Part shown: positions 63,164 through 64,000 of the stretch, piece by piece
How the letters are laid out: the number at the start of each line of letters is the position of its first letter
Position numbering within the stretch: position 1 is the stretch's first letter
NCBI GenBank assembly: GCA_020137815.1
Contig: CM035353.1
Span: 4,712,001 to 4,776,000 of the forward strand
From: Hormiphora californensis
Taxonomy: Eukaryota; Animalia; Ctenophora
Length of the DNA stretch: 64,000 bases
Direction of reading: 5' to 3'
Program-made: the position numbers and the translations under genes
Notes under the pieces: generated by a model
Told to the model about the DNA's origin: nothing
Databases searched by the model: none
The model's input: only the letters and a program-made list of their open reading frames with translations

Positions 63164-63221
63164 CTTCTACCATAGGACCAGCGATGATCAACGCAATAAG
63201 GAGACACTTGAAAGTCTCCAT
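63164..63221 (-). CDS. First coding exon, signal peptide METFKCLLIALIIAGPMVE
   Basis: ATG, hydrophobic core and a GTAAGT donor in phase 1, compatible with the downstream exons. Confidence 0.8.
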
Positions 63222-64000
63222 TATGTGTTCGTGCAGATCAGTTCACTGAACTAGTCAAACACAACTTAATGCGATGTCAAAAAATTTATAGTTTTTAACT
63301 GCGTACGCCTATATTGAACTAGATTCAAGTCAATAGCTCTCCCTTTTTTCTCTCCGGCATCTCTCTGTCTCTAGCTGACCCTTGCCTCCAAATATTTCTC
63401 TCTATTCTCTCCTCTATGTTTCTCACTTGGGTGTGCCAAAGCTAATGGTGTTGTTATCTATCCACGTCAAACACTCTCCTCCCTATATAGACTGCACCAA
63501 CACCCACAGCTACCCACGTACTGACATTGGAAAAGGCCCAGTGATTGTTGGTCATGGTTAGCGAGGTGTGGCGGCAAAACGGTGATAGTTGTGAGGATAC
63601 AAATTATGGGAGCACTCTGGATCAATTCGGCCTTGGTAACCTTTTCCATAATTTTTATCGAAAATTTATTTTTCATTCCTTCATTCATTTCTCGTTCATT
63701 TATGATGATATGAGCATCCTAATTTTCCATCCTTATCCTATTTTTCTTTGGGTTGAATTTATCTTTCCAATGAGCACCAAAAAATTAAAAAGCACCAGGT
63801 CACATGGCAGTTGAGAAAATACACATGCATGATTTTTGCTCTTCCTGCAACTTTCAATTGCTGCTCGCGATCACCCGAACCGCCAGTTCAAAACAACGGG
63901 GAGTTTAGGATATCATATATTATAGCACTACAAATGAAGTCTAATTAGAAAACCCATCAGCTCTGTACCGACTCATGTATCAGTACCACACCCAATTTGA

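Overview
This is eukaryotic, AT-leaning, repeat-saturated animal DNA. I infer a ctenophore or similar marine invertebrate from the gene at the right end; this is not verified. I see no prokaryotic operons, rRNA, CRISPR array or convincing tRNA gene. The only clear host gene is a minus-strand, intron-containing gene at about 59.4-63.2 kb. It encodes a signal peptide, two paralogous ~145-aa uncharacterised domains and a Sushi/CCP domain, and the three domain exons are symmetric phase 1-1 modules. The rest (1-58 kb) has two layers. The first is a patchwork of short, terminus-less coding scraps from many unrelated transposon superfamilies (L2/CR1, CRE, SWIM/MULE, hATm, Academ-like, YqaJ, ISL2EU/Harbinger, gag knuckle, LINE RNase H, Sola2, Chapaev-like). 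Nearly all lie on the minus strand, which is the architecture of a flamenco-like uni-strand piRNA cluster or TE trap. The second is a younger layer of non-autonomous palindromic elements: 2.8-3.8 kb foldbacks with 5-bp TSDs whose two arms carry mirrored copy-specific SNPs, Kolobok-, piggyBac-, pogo- and Harbinger-like MITEs, DINE-1-like Helentron derivatives and an (AG)n-associated R4/Dong-like retroposon. Family assignments rest on motif recognition by eye and were not checked against databases.
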